DNA of 64,000 nucleotides from Mobula hypostoma (lineage: Eukaryota). Positions 12,811-27,595 of the stretch are shown here, piece by piece (position 1 is the first letter of the stretch; each line of letters starts with the position of its first letter). The position numbers were made by a program, and so were the translations under genes. The DNA is taken from NCBI RefSeq assembly GCF_963921235.1, contig NC_086109.1, forward strand, positions 36,396,001 through 36,460,000, in the 5' to 3' direction. The notes beneath the pieces were generated by a model, which worked only from the letters and a program-made list of their open reading frames with translations, was not told where the DNA came from and did not search any database.

Positions 12811-15800
12811 TTCAGTTTGTGAAAAAGTGAAAGCATGCTAAGAGTGTTCAATAAGCTGGAGGCAAGACAGTACGAGACAAGGTTAGTGATCTTTCATGTT
12901 GAGGAGGATTGTCTACCTGGGGTTTTAACTCTGCTGCTTTCTCCACACATGCTGCCTGTTCAATCATTGCTATTGTTTTAGATTTCCAGTATCTTCTGCT
13001 TTACATTCTCCAATGAATTGAATGTTACCCTCTTCTTGGATGTTGTTTGAGCTGCTGGGATTTCCAAGCACCTTCATTTATTAATGATTTCTTGGAACTG
13101 CAGCATGCTGTATCTCATAGTTGTTTTAGTTGTTTACTTAATCTTCATTCTTCTGCTATTTACTCTTCCTCCAGAAAGATGAACTTACTTCAACAAGACT
13201 TCAGAGCCCTCTCTGCACCAATCCATGTCATCTATTTTATCTTGAACTCTGTGCCATCCAATTTCTCTTTGTCCTCTTCACCCATGCATTCACTACAACA
13301 CCGAACATTTTGTTTTTGTACTTTTACTAGTTCTGACAATAGATCATTGGCATAAAATGCAAACTATACTTCTCTCTCTGGAGACTGACTGATCTGCTGT
13401 GTATTTCCAGTATTTTCTGTTTTTATTTTGGATTACTACTGTTATAAAGTCTTTGAGTCATAGAAAATTACAGCTCAGAAGCAGGACTTTTGGCAAAGTC
13501 CATGCAGAAATAATTGCAACTGTCTACGTCCATCAACCTGTGTCGACCATAGGCCTTCATACCCCTATTATCCATGTACCTATCTAAACTTCACATAAAC
13601 TTTGAAATTGAGCTCGCAGGCATCTTTTGTACTGGCAGATCATCCCACACTCTCATGATCCTCTGAGTGAATAAATTTCCCCTCAGGTTCTCCCTAATCT
13701 TCTCACCTTTCACCTTTAGCCCATGACCTCTGGTTGTAGTCCCATCCAAACTCAATAGAAAAAGTCTGCTTAAATTTACCCTGTCTATACCCTCATAACT
13801 TAGTATATGCCGATCAAATCTCCTCTCAATCTTCTTCATTCCAAGGAATAAAGTCCTAACCAATTCAATCTTTCCTTATAATTCAGGGCTTCCAGACCCA
13901 GAACATCCTTATACATTTCCTCTGTACTCTTTCAACATTATTTATAACTTTCCTGTAAGTAGGTGACCAAAGCTGCACATAATACTCCAAAATAAGCCTC
14001 AGCAATGTCTTTTACATCCTCAACATAACATCCCAACACCTGTACTCAATACATTGATTCATGAAGGCCAATGTGCCAAAAGATTTCTTTAAGACCCTAT
14101 CTATCTGTGATGCCACTTTCAAAGAATCCTGAACTAGTATTCCCAGATCCCTTTGTTCTACACACACCTCGGTGCCGTACATTCACTGTGTAAAACCTAC
14201 TTTGGTTGGTCCTACCAAAGTGCAAAACCTTGTACTTGTTTGCATTAAATTCCATCTACCATTTTTCAGCCCATGTGTCTAGCTGATGCAGATCCTGCTG
14301 ACTAGTATTGCCTATGCACCCCCAATCTTGGTGTCTTCCACAAATTTGCTGATCTATTTAACCATAATATCATTCAAATCATTGATGCAGATGACAAACA
14401 ACAAAGAATCCAGCACTGATCCCTATGGCACACCACTAGTCATAGCCCTCCAGTTAGAGAGGCAACCATATACCACCACTCTCTGACTTCTCCTACATAG
14501 CCAATATCTAATCCAATTTACTACTTCATCTTGAATGCTGAGAAACCTAACCTTCTTGACCAAATTCCCATGTGTGACCTTATTAAATGCCTTGCTAAAG
14601 TCTATGTAGACAACAACCACTGCCTTGCCATCATCCACCTTCCTGGTAACTTAATTGAAAAACTCTAAAATTGGTTAGACATGGCCTACCATGCAGAAAA
14701 CCATGCTGACTATCGTTAATCAGTCTGTGTCTATGTCTATCTATATATTTATATATCCAGACCCTTAGAATACCTTCCAATAAATTACCCACAACTGATG
14801 TCAGGCTCACCAGCCTATAATGTTCTGGTTTATGTTTCACAGATTTTTTAAACAGCAGAACAACACTGGATATTCTCCAATCCCCTGATACCTCTCTTGT
14901 CTCTAAGGATGTTAAAAGTATCTCTGCTAGGGCCCTGGCAATTTCTGTATTTGTATCTCACAGGGTTGAGGGAGCACCTTATCAGGTCCTGGGGATTTAT
15001 CCACCCTAATTTGCCTCAGACCAACAAAGACTTCCTCTTCTGTAATCTGTATAGGGTCCAAGAAATTGGTGCCACTTTGCCTTACTTCTATGTACTCTGT
15101 GTCCATCTCCTGAATAAATAAAGATGCAAAAAATTTTATTTCAGATCTCCCCCATCCATTATGTCTTCACATATTGATTAACATTCTGATCTTCCAGAGG
15201 ATCATTTTTGTTGCTTGCAATCCTTTTGCTCTTAACATATAGTTTCTGTAGAATCCCTTGGGATTCTCCTTCACTTTGTCTGTTAGGGCAACTTCATGTC
15301 TCTTTTAGCCCTCTTGATTTCTTTCTTAAGTGTTCTCTGGCATCGGTTATACTCAATAAACACCTCACTTGTTCCTACCTGCCTATACCTGCTGTACACC
15401 TCCTTTTTATCTCTTAACAAGGGCCTCAATATCTCTTGAAAACCAAGGTTCCCTAAACCTGTCTTTTATTCTGACAGGCAGACAAAGTGTTGGTCTCTGA
15501 AAATTTCACTTTTGAAGGCCTCCCACTTACCAATTATACCTTTGCCAGCAAACAGCCTGTCTTAATCCATACTTGACAGATTATTTCTGATACCATTAGA
15601 AATGGCCTTTCTCCAGTTTACAATCTCGGCCTGCAGACCAGACCTATCTTTTTCCATATTTACTTTGAAACTAATGTCATTGAGATCACTAGATGCAATG
15701 TGTTCCCTTACACAAACAACTGTATGTTTCTTGCAACAGTCTGTGATCGCTCTACAAACTTGTTCCTCTAAATCCCTTGGGGTGTTGGGTAGTCTGTAAT

Positions 15801-16488
15801 ATAGCCTCATTAACCTGGTCATACCTTTCTTATTTCTCAGTTCCACCTATAACACTTCACTGATGGAGCATTACCATGACATTTTCCCTGACTAGTATTG
15901 CCACCGCTCCTCCTTTAATTCCTCCCACTCTATCACGTCCAAAACAATAGAACCCTGGAATACTGTGCTGCCTGTCCTGCTTCTCTTACAACCAAATCTC
16001 ACTAATGGCTACAATGCCATAATATCAGGTGTTGGTCCATGCCCTGAGCTCATCCACCTTTCCTACAATACCTCTTGCATTGAAATATATGCATCTCAAG
16101 ACACTAGTCTAACAATGCTCAACCTTTTGATTTCTGACTTAGGTCTGAGGTCTTACCAGCATCTCTCTTCACCGCCTCCGCACTAACTGTTCTGGCACTG
16201 TGGTTCTCATCCCCTTGCAACTCTGGAGTAAACCCCACCATGCAGCATTAACAAACATTCCCACTAGGACAGGGTTTCTCAACTGGGGTTCTGCTGATCC
16301 CTAGGGGTCCGAGAGAGATCATGATTTTAAAAAAAATCACTTTTTGAACTTGGTTTGACACATGATGCTCGCACTCGCAGTGATGGGCTGTGACCAAGCA
16401 GCCCCATTAGTAATCTCATTAGAAGTCTCTTAGCCCTGTATGGCAGTGCACAATAGGACCATGTTTATTTGATTGAGTCCATTCCCAG

Positions 16489-17410
16489 TTTTTTTTAAAT
16501 TCAAATTTTTATTATTATTTATTCTTATCTTACAAAGTAGCACAGCATTATCACAGAGCAGATACAGTACAGCATACTTACACAGCCATCCCATGACAGG
16601 AAAACAAATAAAACTTAGAAACAGAAAGAAGTTCTAATTTAAGTTTAATTAACATACAACCAAAATTGATCCCACGCCTCTTGTACTTTTCCCTCACTGT
16701 CAACTCTTCCCAACATGAAATCTTAATCATTTGATCATTTCCTCAGTCCATTCCTTCACAGTGGGACATCTGGGTTTTTTCCAGTTTTGCAATATAATTT
16801 TTGCAACTGTGATGAGACCCACCTTTAAAATAGTAAATTTGTCATTGTTTACATTAGGTATCATTGTCCTATCACCCAAGAAACAAAGCCGTGGGTACAA
16901 GGACAGTGTGGAACCCGACCAATTCCACAACAGATCAAGAACTTTATACTAAAATGGACGAACCATGGAACACTCCCAAATCATGTGAAAATATGTGCCC
17001 ACCTCATTTTTACATTTCCATCATAAGTTATTATCAACAATCCCCATTTTGTACAGTCTAGTTGGTGTCCAATAATATCTGTGTACTATCGTATACTGAA
17101 TAAATTTCCCTCTCACTTCCCTAATATGTCTACCCACATTTGATAAAATATTTGACCACTCATTGTCTTCAATCTCGCTTCTAAGATCCTTCTGCCATAC
17201 TGCTTTGAGATTGTTACACAATTCACCAGAGTGCTTGAACATTTTATAAAACACTGATGCTTTGTGAACTTCCTGTGGTAATGTATTCCCAGTTTCCAAC
17301 ATGAGACAGGGGAGTCTGTAGATAATTGGTGAGCGTAGTATTGCATGGAGGGCAGGATGGTAGGCTGATGTGGAATGTGAAGTACATTTTCTGAGCATTG
17401 AATAGACTTG
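16489..17410 (-). mobile_element. L1/Tx1-clade LINE 3' fragment nested in the hAT
   Basis: KFIQYTIVHRYYWTPTRLYKMG, ILQNWKKPRCPTVKEW, AATAAA and an A-tail at 16489. Confidence 0.8.
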
Positions 17411-17548
17411 CCCAACTAGGGCTGTGACATCAACCTCTCCCGCCCGAATTACAAAACACAACTTCTTCTTACGTGCCACTGACAGACTTATAGAAGCGAA
17501 CAAACTACCAGTGGAGTAGAAAACTGGGGGGAAATTTTCATTCTAAAG

Positions 17549-18327
17549 TGTCACGCACCCCATGACGGGTTAAAGAACCAGCAGAAATGGAAAGCACTTT
17601 GAAATCCAGTATTGCTATTAACTAATGGTATTTATTAGTAACTACGTAATACCATAATATAAATGCAGATAAATCAAACAGGTTAGCAATGATTATATAT
17701 AAGTAAGTGTGGAAATATATGAAAACCAAGCTTCTTCAAGTCTAGAGGCAAATGAATACAGTCTTACATTGAGTAGTGATGGAGAGAGAGAGGGAGAGAT
17801 TTGAGTCTTCAGGTGAGCTGACGCCGTCAATCTTCCTGTTGTCTTCCGAAATCCTTTAGAAGTCACCGAGTGTGACCACAACAAAGGGGACCATTCTTCT
17901 GTGGTGGAATTATCAGCCCAGGTGAGGGTTGGACACACAAATAACTCCCCACCGGTCACACCCTTTTCACACTGCAAGAGGCACTGATTGATCCGCCTGA
18001 TCTATCCTCCAAAACCCACCTTTTCTGTGGGCACAACAAAGTTCATTCAGTGTCCAAAACCATGTGTCTTTAGGTCTATCATCTGACCTTCTATTTCTCT
18101 CAGAGTGCTGAATACCAACTGTCTCTCAAGTAACTCCTCCCTTCTCTCTCTGCAAGAACTTGGAAACTGCCAGTGTCCTTGTAAAAAGTATAAACAAACC
18201 GTGAGCAGTCTTTGCCTCTCACTCTCTCTTTCTTTCTCTCTCTTTTTAACAAGGTGTCCGTGTTCCACAACTTTCTCTCTCTCTTTTAAAAGCACAGTTC
18301 ATATGGGCAATTCAGGACCGCTTCACA
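17549..18327 (-). mobile_element. Solo LTR (Gypsy, distant relative of the 33866 family) nested in the hAT
   Basis: TGTCACG...TCACA ends and 4-bp TSD AAAG (17545-17548 / 18328-18331). Shares CCAGCAGAAATGGA, GTCACCGAnTGTGACC and GGACACACA blocks with the 33866 LTR. Confidence 0.8.
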
Positions 18328-18369
18328 AAAGACAGTCCAGTGTGGCGATTTTTGAAGAGGTAGTGTGAG

Positions 18370-20010
18370 ATGGAAGAGGAGTCTATGTCTATGAGCAATT
18401 CCGATAATGTGAATGATGAAGAATTACAATCTTCTGAGTACTGCACTAGGTCAACAATAGACACAAAAAAGTCCGCCTTTGCAATGAAAGCTACTTATCA
18501 GTGGGTTTTACGTGGACTGCTGATCCAAGTTGTCCTATTCCATTGTGCTTCATCTCTGGCAAACAATTTACAAATGCTGCACTGGTGCCAGCAAAATTGA
18601 AAATACACTTAACTACAAATCTCAGACATATGACACGTAGAAGTACTCATTAAACGACTATTGGAATCTCAAGACAAACAAAGAAAAGCTTTTGTTAACA
18701 AAATCAGTCAGTAAAACAACTCAGGAAGCAAGTTATTTAGTAACAGAACTTATTACCCAGAAAAGGAAAAGTCACACAGTTAGTGAGAACCTAATAATAC
18801 CAGCATGTAAAATTATAGTGGATAAAATGCTAGGACAAGGTACAGAAAAGGTTTCACTCTCAAACTTCACGATAAGTTGATATATTGATGACATATCATA
18901 TAATACTGAAGAAGTTTTGTGTGATAAACTGAAAAACAACAGCTTTTCTATCCAAGTTGATGAGTCAATAGATTTCACCAATAAATGTCATGTTGCAGCA
19001 TTTGTCAGACCAGTAAATTATGGTAAAATTCAAGAAATATTTTTCTGTTACAAAGATATTGTCCAAAACAAGCAAAGGCCAAGGTATAGTTAATATTTTG
19101 TCTTCATATTTGGAAACAAAAGGTCTGTCTTGAAGGAACTGTGTTAGCATCTGTACTGATGGTGCCCCATCAATGGTTGGCTGCATGAGAGGTTTTGTTT
19201 CTCTTGTAAAAAAAGAAAATCCTGATGTTATCACAAGACACTGCTTTTTTCACAAGGAGGTGCTAATGTTAAGAACTTTTGGAGATGAAATGAAAAAAAT
19301 GCTACAAAAATGGTAACTTTATTCAACAAAGACCAGCTCACCTGAGAATGTTTAAAAATCTGTGCGAAAACCTTGACAAAGAGCACATCAGTCTCCTGCT
19401 ACATACAGAAACCTGGTGACTTAGCAGAGGAAGAGTTCCCAGCAGAGTGTTTGAGCTGAAAGGTGAATTATAGGAGTACTTTTAAGAAAATAGTAGGCCA
19501 GATTTTGCTGAATGCTTTAGAGATAAAACATGGCTGCTGAAAATAACCTACATAACAGACATTTTTCATCACCTGAACCAGTTGAACAAGTCTCTGCAAG
19601 GCACTGGAGAAAATATTTTGACTTTAAGTGACAAGGTTCCTGGATGTAAAAGGAAATGGAATCTTTGGAAAACCATCTTACAAAATGAGATGTTGAAAAC
19701 CACCTGGAAGAACTCAGAACAAAAATGGACAGTAATTTTCCTCCCTTTCAACACAAGTGTATGACTGAGTGCTGGACCTTTTCTCTGAATAGTCTGCTCA
19801 GTCTGAGAATTTAACTTTGAGAGGAGAGGAAGAACTTTGTGAGCTGCACTCTGATCATGCACTCAAGATGTGATTTACTGACTTGCCCCCAGACAAGTTC
19901 CGGATTTCTGTGAAAGAAGACTATCCTGCCATTCATAGGAAAGCAATGATCCTTTTGCTGCAGTTTTCAACTTCTTACATGTGTGAGGAACTTTTTTTTC
20001 TTGTTTCAGA
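18370..20010 (+). pseudogene. hAT transposase (ZBED5/Buster-like) pseudogene
   Basis: EASYLVTELITQKRKSHTVSENLIIPAC, FSIQVDES, ICTDGAPSM, HCFFH, HTETW*LSRG and the C-terminal YPAIHRKAMILLLQFSTSYMCE, with multiple stops and frameshifts. Confidence 0.85.
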
Positions 20011-21689
20011 GCCTGATCATGCCACTTAGTAAAAAAAATGTTTTTCAAAGTCTTGTATAAAATTTAGGCTATATTTTTATTCATATTGCTTTGGCTTATG
20101 GTTTTTAGTATCTTTACTATTCAACATTGTTAATTACAACATTCTCATGTTGTAAATAGCATTAATTAAAATCAATTTCCAGCCTTTATTTAAGTAAATT
20201 ATGAAGCCTACCTTCAGAAATACTAAATCCATTTTGGCTTAAGACTGTTATTTAACATAAATGTATTATGCTTGCCTCTTTCATTTCCAAAGAAACTCAT
20301 AAAGAAAGAAAGAAAGAGATTAGTTTCAAGAAAGATAAGCTAAGCTTAACTACCTGCTTTTTTTTTCCAAGAGAGTTTGACTAAATTCATTCTCCACTCA
20401 AAAGAGCATTAACAATTATTTTTTGGATTATTGTATCTGCAATTTACTGATCACATGAATGTTCTGTGAGCTGTAGATATAATAATTTTTATGCAACGTT
20501 CCCCTGATACCTGAAAATTATTTCTGGGGATCCTCCAAGGCAAAATGGTTGAGGAAAGGCTGTTCTAGGATAGTGGTCCTCTTCTAGTTCAGGTGCAAAC
20601 CATCACTTCTGTACAGGTCCCACCTTCCCTGGAAGAGAGCCCTGTGATCCAAAAATCATATGCCCTTCCTCCTACACCAATTCCTTAGCCACGTGTTAAA
20701 CTGTATAATCTTCTTACTTCTGGCCTTATTATCAAGTGGCATTGGTAGACATCCTAAGGTCACAATTCTGGAGGATCTGCCCTTTAACTTAGCACCTAAA
20801 TCCCTGCAGAACCTTGTCACACTTCCTACCCATGTCATTGGTAACTATGTGGATCTTGACCTCTGGCTGTTCATCCTTTCTCTTAAGAATGCTGACGACT
20901 CTATCTAAGATGTCCTGGGATCTGGGAAGCATCATGCCATCTGGGAATCTTGTTCTTGTCCACAGAAACTCTTTTCTATTCCCCTAACAAATGAACCTCC
21001 TAACACCACAGCTCACCTCTTCTCCCGCCGTTCCTTCTGAGTCACAGAGCCAGACTCAGTGCCAGAGACCCGATCACTGTGACTTTCCTCTGTTAGAGCA
21101 CCCCCCTCAGCAGTATCCAAAGTGATCTTCCTTTTGTTGAGGGGTATAGTCATAGGGGTACTCTGCACTGGCTACGTAACCCCTTTCCCTTTCCTGACTG
21201 CCACCCAGTTTCCCGTGCCCTGCCTCTATACTGCAGTAACTACCTCTCTATACATCCTATTTATCACACACTCAGCCTTCCGATCAATCAGGAGTTCATT
21301 CCATTCCAGCTCCAGCTCCTTAATGCTGTTTGTTAGAAGCTGCAGTTGGATGCACACTTTGTAGGTGGAGTCATCAGGGATACTGGAGTTCTTCCCACAT
21401 CCCACAAGAAGAACATTCCACTACGTTGCCTGGCGTTTTTACTGTTTTATCTAAGCAAGTATAAGTGAGTCTCTGCCTTTAATACTTGATCAACGAATCT
21501 GAGTGAATTATATCCTCTCGGACTTCTAATCTCTCTGATTGGTTGCAGGTTCAAAGCTCAAGAAAATTGCGAGTCACAACCTTTATTACTCTGTCACTGG
21601 GTGAATTACATCCTTTCAACCTTGTGATCTCTCCAAGCAGTCACTGCTCAAAATTCCACAACATTGAAAGAAAATGTAGAAGACTGGGA

Positions 21690-24600
21690 TGAATGTGTAA
21701 TTTGCATTTTTGCGTAAACATGGGACATGGTGGTGTGATGACATATACATTTACCACTAATGAATTAAGCAAACAACAACAAATGCTTAGTCAAGTAGTA
21801 TATCTACAATATTAATCAAATATTACTGATTTATTAGACACACCATACTTAGTTATACACTTAATGTAGAATGCTCCTCAACATATATATATATATATAC
21901 AGTATACTATATAATACAACTACCATAGAGACGTACACAACATACCAAATTTAAAGTTGCATCGTTCATGCCTAAAGATTTAATTGCTGTGGAGGATTTC
22001 TTACTCTTGTGGAATAACGCCTTTCCTGATTGTGGGGGGTGGGGGGGGCGGCGTCATTCTGTTTGGCAGGTGAGACTTACAGCTGTGAAACAATCTCAGG
22101 TACTGGGACCTGCTTCATGGTGATGGTAGCAGTTGACTTGAGACTTCAGGAAGTTGATCTGACAGCTTTGGACACCTTTCTTCTTTCTTCTCCAAGATGC
22201 TCTTTGAATCTTCTGGATGCGTTAGCATTCTGAACAGTGAAAGATTGATCTGCAGATCTATCCCAGGCCACCTGACAAAGATTTGAGCTATGCCAAGCTG
22301 AATGGCATATAGTCCCTACAACACTTTAGCTCTCAGCTTGGATATTACAACAACTCTCAAAACTACATAAGGCAACCTCCAACAAAAGCAAGTTCATTCC
22401 GATGCTGATAAAAATTAAGGAACTGGAATTTCTGCTGCACATTCCAGCCATTTTGTATTGCCATGTAGACCTGTGATAGTGTAGGTTCTTTTCTGGTTTA
22501 CCATTGGATCACCTCTGCCTAAATTGGAAGGCTTTCAAAAGGGGGAATACGTCAAAAGGTGTGACCTATTTTGTAAGTTTTTCTGGTACTTCCTTTCCCA
22601 AGAGGAAACAAAACAATCCATCAGCTTTTTCATGATTAGTTCTCCTTTAATCTTTTAATTGTGTCCTCCAAGAAACAGAGCTCATCTCTGCATTTGTGCT
22701 ACCGCTTTTAGTGGAAAACCCTTCTGTTGTAGATAGAAAATGGACACTAGTGGCTGATGATCAGTAATGAGGGTAAACTCTCTCCTGTACAAGCACTGGT
22801 TGAAACATTTTATGCCACAAATCAGACTCAAAGTTTCTCTGTCAGTTTGTGCAGAATTTTTCTCTGCAGTGGTAAGGGAATGTAATGTAAAAGAGCACAG
22901 AAGTCAGGTTTGGCAGAAATCTGTTGTAATAATTGACAAATCCTAAGAAGGAACTATGACACATCCTTTATCCTTGGCTCATCCACAACTGCTTGAATTT
23001 TCTCATCGTAAACTTGTGTCTCAATGGTGTGACCACAGTAAGTGATGCTTTGTTTAAAGAATTCACACTTGTTGTATCATGCTCTGAGCCCATAACCTTC
23101 TAACCTTTTTAACACTGTCTTGAGATTTTGTAGATAGTTTTTGTCATCCATATCAGTAATAATGATGTCATCCTGGTAACACTGAGTGCCTAGACAGCCC
23201 TGCAGCACCTGGAATGCAGTTTTCTGCCAGACTGCAGGTCCAGCTGCTACTCCAAAAATAAGCCTATTATAATGATAAAGCACTTTGAGTCTGTTTATGA
23301 TGAGAAACACTTTAGAATCTTCCTCCATCTCCATCTGTAGATCTCCAGAAAGATTTACAAAGATATCCTATATCCTGGCCAGTGGGCATTCAACTACTTT
23401 CAGTACTGGGTGTATGGTGACATTAAAATCACTGCAGATCTTCATAGACCATCCTTCTTGGCGATTGGGACCACTGGTTTTGCCCATGGTCTCATCTCAA
23501 CCTTGGGAAGAATTCCTAGAGAGAGACATTGCAATTCTTAAATGGTCTGCATATGACTCGGATTTAACACTAATAAACTGGATGCTAGATTTAAGGACTG
23601 GACAGCTAAAGGAATAACAGCTATTTGCAATATAATGAAGGGAGGAACACTGTTCAGTTTTGAAATGCTCAAAGAGAAACACTTATTAGAAAAACAAGAC
23701 TTCTACTGGTATTTACAGATGTAACAGTATGTTAATATGACGGTTAAAAATGTAACCAAGGAAAGTACATGTCTGATAGAGCTATTTAGGAAAGCATATA
23801 ATTCAGGCAATGGTAGTAAGATCATTTCAAGCGTGCATAAGGGTCTGTCAAATCTTAAAACACATTCGACTTCATACATTAAAACAAAATGGGAGAAGGA
23901 AGGAGGGATAGTAATATTTGAGGAAGTCTGGACAATAATATGGAGGTATCAATGGAAGTGTACCAGTTCACAGAGATGGAGGGAGTTCAGGTGGAAAAAC
24001 TTGGTAAGATATTTTATTACACCCTCTCAGAAATCCCATAATGATAGTAACCCCCTGTTTGCTGGAGAAATTGTGGAAATCAAAATGAAAACCATTATCA
24101 TATTTTCTGGGAATACCCCATTATCAAAGACTATTGAAGTGAGATACATAATGCCCTACAAGACATCTTTAAATGTAAAATACCCTTAGAGAGTAAGACC
24201 ATATATTTAGGGTATATACCTCAAGAATGGTTGAAAAGAGATAAATATTTAATGAATGTACTGCTGGTGGCTGGTAAAAAGACCCTTACCAGGAAATGGT
24301 TATCACAGGAGAGCCGAACTTTAAGTGTATGGATGGAAATTACAATGGACATTTACAAAATGGAGAAGATAACAGCATCTGTTAATCATAAGTTGGAACA
24401 ATTTTTTTCATACTGGAAAAAATGGTTTAACTACATAACACCTCATAGGCCTGATTTTATTCTCACAAGTCAATGAATATGTTGTAAAAAAAATCACTCC
24501 CTACTCTGTACATAGTTTTCTTCTTTCGATTGTTCTTTCTTTCCTCTCCTTTCTATAAGTGTATACCTCACATAAATATTATGTGAAGATTTGTGACAAA

Positions 24601-25258
24601 TATGATTATATGAAATATATGTACGGTATCTGAAGTACATCTTATGGAAATGTTTGTTTGATGATGAAATTCAATAAAAAATAAATTACAAAAAAAAGCA
24701 AAGAATTCCTCCAACCTCCGGTGAACTTAGCTGTGGTGTTTCCATTTATCACTATTTCGCCCTTGATACGTTTATTGTACTGATGTAGCCAGCCAGTTCT
24801 GCTCTTTTTAAAATTTATGATTATTATCACATGGTACATGCAATTTATAAATCGATTTTCTGCCTTTTTGTAACTCAAACGCCTCTCCATGCATCTGAAT
24901 TGACATGTACTGCACTTGTTTTTTTACTCTCAGACATCTCTCTCTCTCCTTCCAACGAAATTCATGCTGTGATTCAACAAGTAAGTGGTTGTCTTGGGGT
25001 CATTTAAGACTTTCTCCATCATCACTGTTATGTTTTGTAACTCCAACATATAAAATTAATCAAAAGGTAAACACAGGAGAGCAGGATAAATATGTAACTT
25101 TTTGTAGTGAGGCACATATGATATGGTAGTGTAATTATACATGCTATTCACATACTTATACATATAATCTGTAATGAATTATGTAAACAACAAAGAATGC
25201 TTAATCAAACTCTATATTTACAATATTGGTCAAATATAACTGAAATATTAAATTCCAC
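21690..25258 (-). mobile_element. Old deleted Gypsy LTR retrotransposon
   Basis: RT remnant 23077..23334 (YNRLIFGVAAGPAVWQ...YQDDIIIT) and RNase H remnant near 22750-22900. ~21690-21845 and ~25026-25258 are diverged direct repeats (AATGAATT..AAACAAC...TGCTTA.TCAA...TACAATATT). Confidence 0.7.
23518..24700 (+). mobile_element. 5'-truncated L1-clade LINE inserted into the Gypsy pol
   Basis: ORFs 23737..24189 and 24231..24476 (L1-type ORF2 C-terminus), AATAAA plus A-tail, and 10-bp TSD AAGAATTCCT (23508-23517 / 24701-24710). Confidence 0.85.
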
Positions 25259-26289
25259 TTGCATTTTGAGTATGATTCTAGTCCGATAGGTAGAGTAGTG
25301 TTATTGTGCATTATTTTGTTTAGTTTCAAAGGTTTCAAAGGTACATTTAATTTCAGAGAAATGTATACAATAAACATCCTGAAATGCTTTTTCTTCACCA
25401 CTATCCACAAAAGCAGAGCAGCGCTCCAAAGAATGAATCACAGTTAAATGTTAGAACTCCAATGTCCCCCCAAGCTCCCTTCCCTCTCGCACGTAAGCGG
25501 CAGCAAGCAATGAACCTACCTCCCCCCATCGGCAAAAAAAAAACATCGGCACCCGCCACCAAGTACTCAAGCATGCAACAAAAGCAACAGCAAAGACACA
25601 GACTTGCAGTACTCCAAAGTCTAAACGCTCACCCAGTATTCGACATACCACAAGTTCTCTCTCTCCCTAATAAAGGAGAAAGAGATGTCTCCATTTCACA
25701 GCGAGAAGGGAGACATACCAAACAACTCGCTCGTTTATAATGTTAAAAATCCGTTGTGTCACATTTTCCAAGCTCTGTGCCCAAGGATCTCGGGTCTCTG
25801 GGCACACAGCCAATGATCTTCCAGCTCCAATGACACACTGGTCTGGGATATCGACCTTCGATCTGTCCAACTCCAGAGCCCTGGGCTGCTGGGCCTCCAA
25901 AGGCAAGCTGAACTCTCATGTCCTTGGCTGTAAAGCATGTTTTGCTTTACTGTAATAAATTATTTTAGATCTATTTTTTAACATCATGTTGCTTTGGTGA
26001 TTACATTTACAGAATCAATATTTCTGCAGAAATGTGACTAAAGGAAAACAGAAAATGATACCTGACAGAATTATTCTTACAGTTTCAGTTCTCCAGTAAA
26101 TACTCCACATAATTATTGCCTAAATATATTGCCTGAAAACAAACAAAAATATCTTTCATCACCATTGTTTTCTTCTGATAGTGATCAGAACTCCAATAAA
26201 AATACCAGTTTATAATCTATAATTTTAACAATAAATCTTTATCCTAAACACCTCCTGAATTACATGAATCCTCCAATCGAATTATCATA

Positions 26290-27388
26290 TCCAAGATTAT
26301 GATGAATGATCTATGATGAATTAGCTGTTTGGACTCAGAACTGGCTTGCCCATAAAAGACAGAGGGCAGTGGTCAAAGTGACTTATTTTAGCTGGAGGTA
26401 TGTGATCGATGCTGTTCCATTGAGATTAATACTGGAGCCTCTGTTGATTGTGATGTATATAAATAATACAGATGAAAATCTAGATGGGTGGGTTAGTAAG
26501 TTTGCAGATTATATGAAGATTGGTGGTGTTGTGGAGAGTTTTGAAGACTGGAAAAGAATACAATCAGATATAGATCACTTGCATATATAGGCAGAAAAAT
26601 GACAGATGGAGTTTAACCTGACCAAGTGCACCTTGGGTCAAATGGAAGGAATCAGTACACTGTTAAGGTGAAGACACTCAGCAGTGTTGAGGAACAGAGG
26701 GAACTTTGGGTCCAAGTTCATTGCTCCCTATAAGTGGTGACACAGGTTGATAGGGTGGTTAAGAAGTAATATGGGATGCTTACCTTTATTCTTTGAAGGA
26801 TTGAGATCAAAAGTCAGGAAGTTATGTTGCAGCTTTATAAAACCCTAGTTAGGCTTCATCTGGAGCATTGCACGCAGTTCTGGTCACCCCATTATAGGAA
26901 GAATGTGAGGTTTAGGAGATGATGCAGAAGATGTTTACCAGGATGTGCCTGGATTAAAGGGCGAGAAGTTGGATATAGTTGGATTGTTTTCTCTGGAGTG
27001 GCAGAGGCTGAGGGGGATCTGATGGAAGTTCCTAAAATTATGAAAGGCATAGATAGATTAGGCACCAATATCTTTATCCGAGGATTACAATGCCTAATAT
27101 CAGAGGTGTGTGATTAAGGTGAGAGCCGACTAATTTTAAACAAGATTTAAGGGACAAGGTTTTGCACACAGAGAGTAATCTGTAACTGGAATGCAGTGCC
27201 TGGGATGATGGTTGAGGCAGAGACATTAGAAACTTCTAAGAAATGTTTAGATAGGCACATGAATATGAGGAAAATAGAAGGATATGGACATTGTGTTGAC
27301 AGAAGAGATTAGTTTCGTTAGTCATTTAATTGGATCAGCACAAATTATGCCTGTTCCTGTGCTGTACTCTTCTACGTTCTATGTTCAT
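26290..27388 (+). mobile_element. CR1 LINE RT-to-3'-end fragment, degenerate
   Basis: ORF 26306..26590 (WVSKFADYMKIGG) and a (TTCTA)n-like tail. Confidence 0.85.
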
Positions 27389-27595
27389 TCAGTGCGATGG
27401 TAGGCAAATTAAAAAGCAAGTACTTTACAAAATATATCAAGGTTACACTTATGATGAAATCCATTAGTAAATACACTTTTCATTTGCAGTTGCAGACTCC
27501 TATTTACTTTCTTTGTTGGTTTGTTGTAATACTTTATGGAGACTAGGATTCAATAGGAATGTTGCAGATGCTGGATTTTTGAAATAACACCAGAG

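Larger units (their letters stand above)
16270..20562 (+). mobile_element. hAT (Charlie/Buster-type) DNA transposon, degenerate
   Basis: TIRs CAGGGTTTCTCAAC / GTTGAGGAAAGGCTG; imperfect 8-bp TSD CACTAGGA / TTCTAGGA; transposase motifs inside. Confidence 0.85.
13455..21420 (-). mobile_element. Near full-length degenerate CR1 LINE (ORF1 esterase + ORF2 APE-RT), split by a hAT insertion
   Basis: Minus-strand ORFs 13591..13863, 14423..14638 (DFSKAFNKV), 14631..14840 (YRLVSLTSVVG) and 15562..15846 (YYRLPN). ORF1-like 20656..20838 (FNTWLRNWCRRKG). The sequence is contiguous across 16270-20562. Confidence 0.85.
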
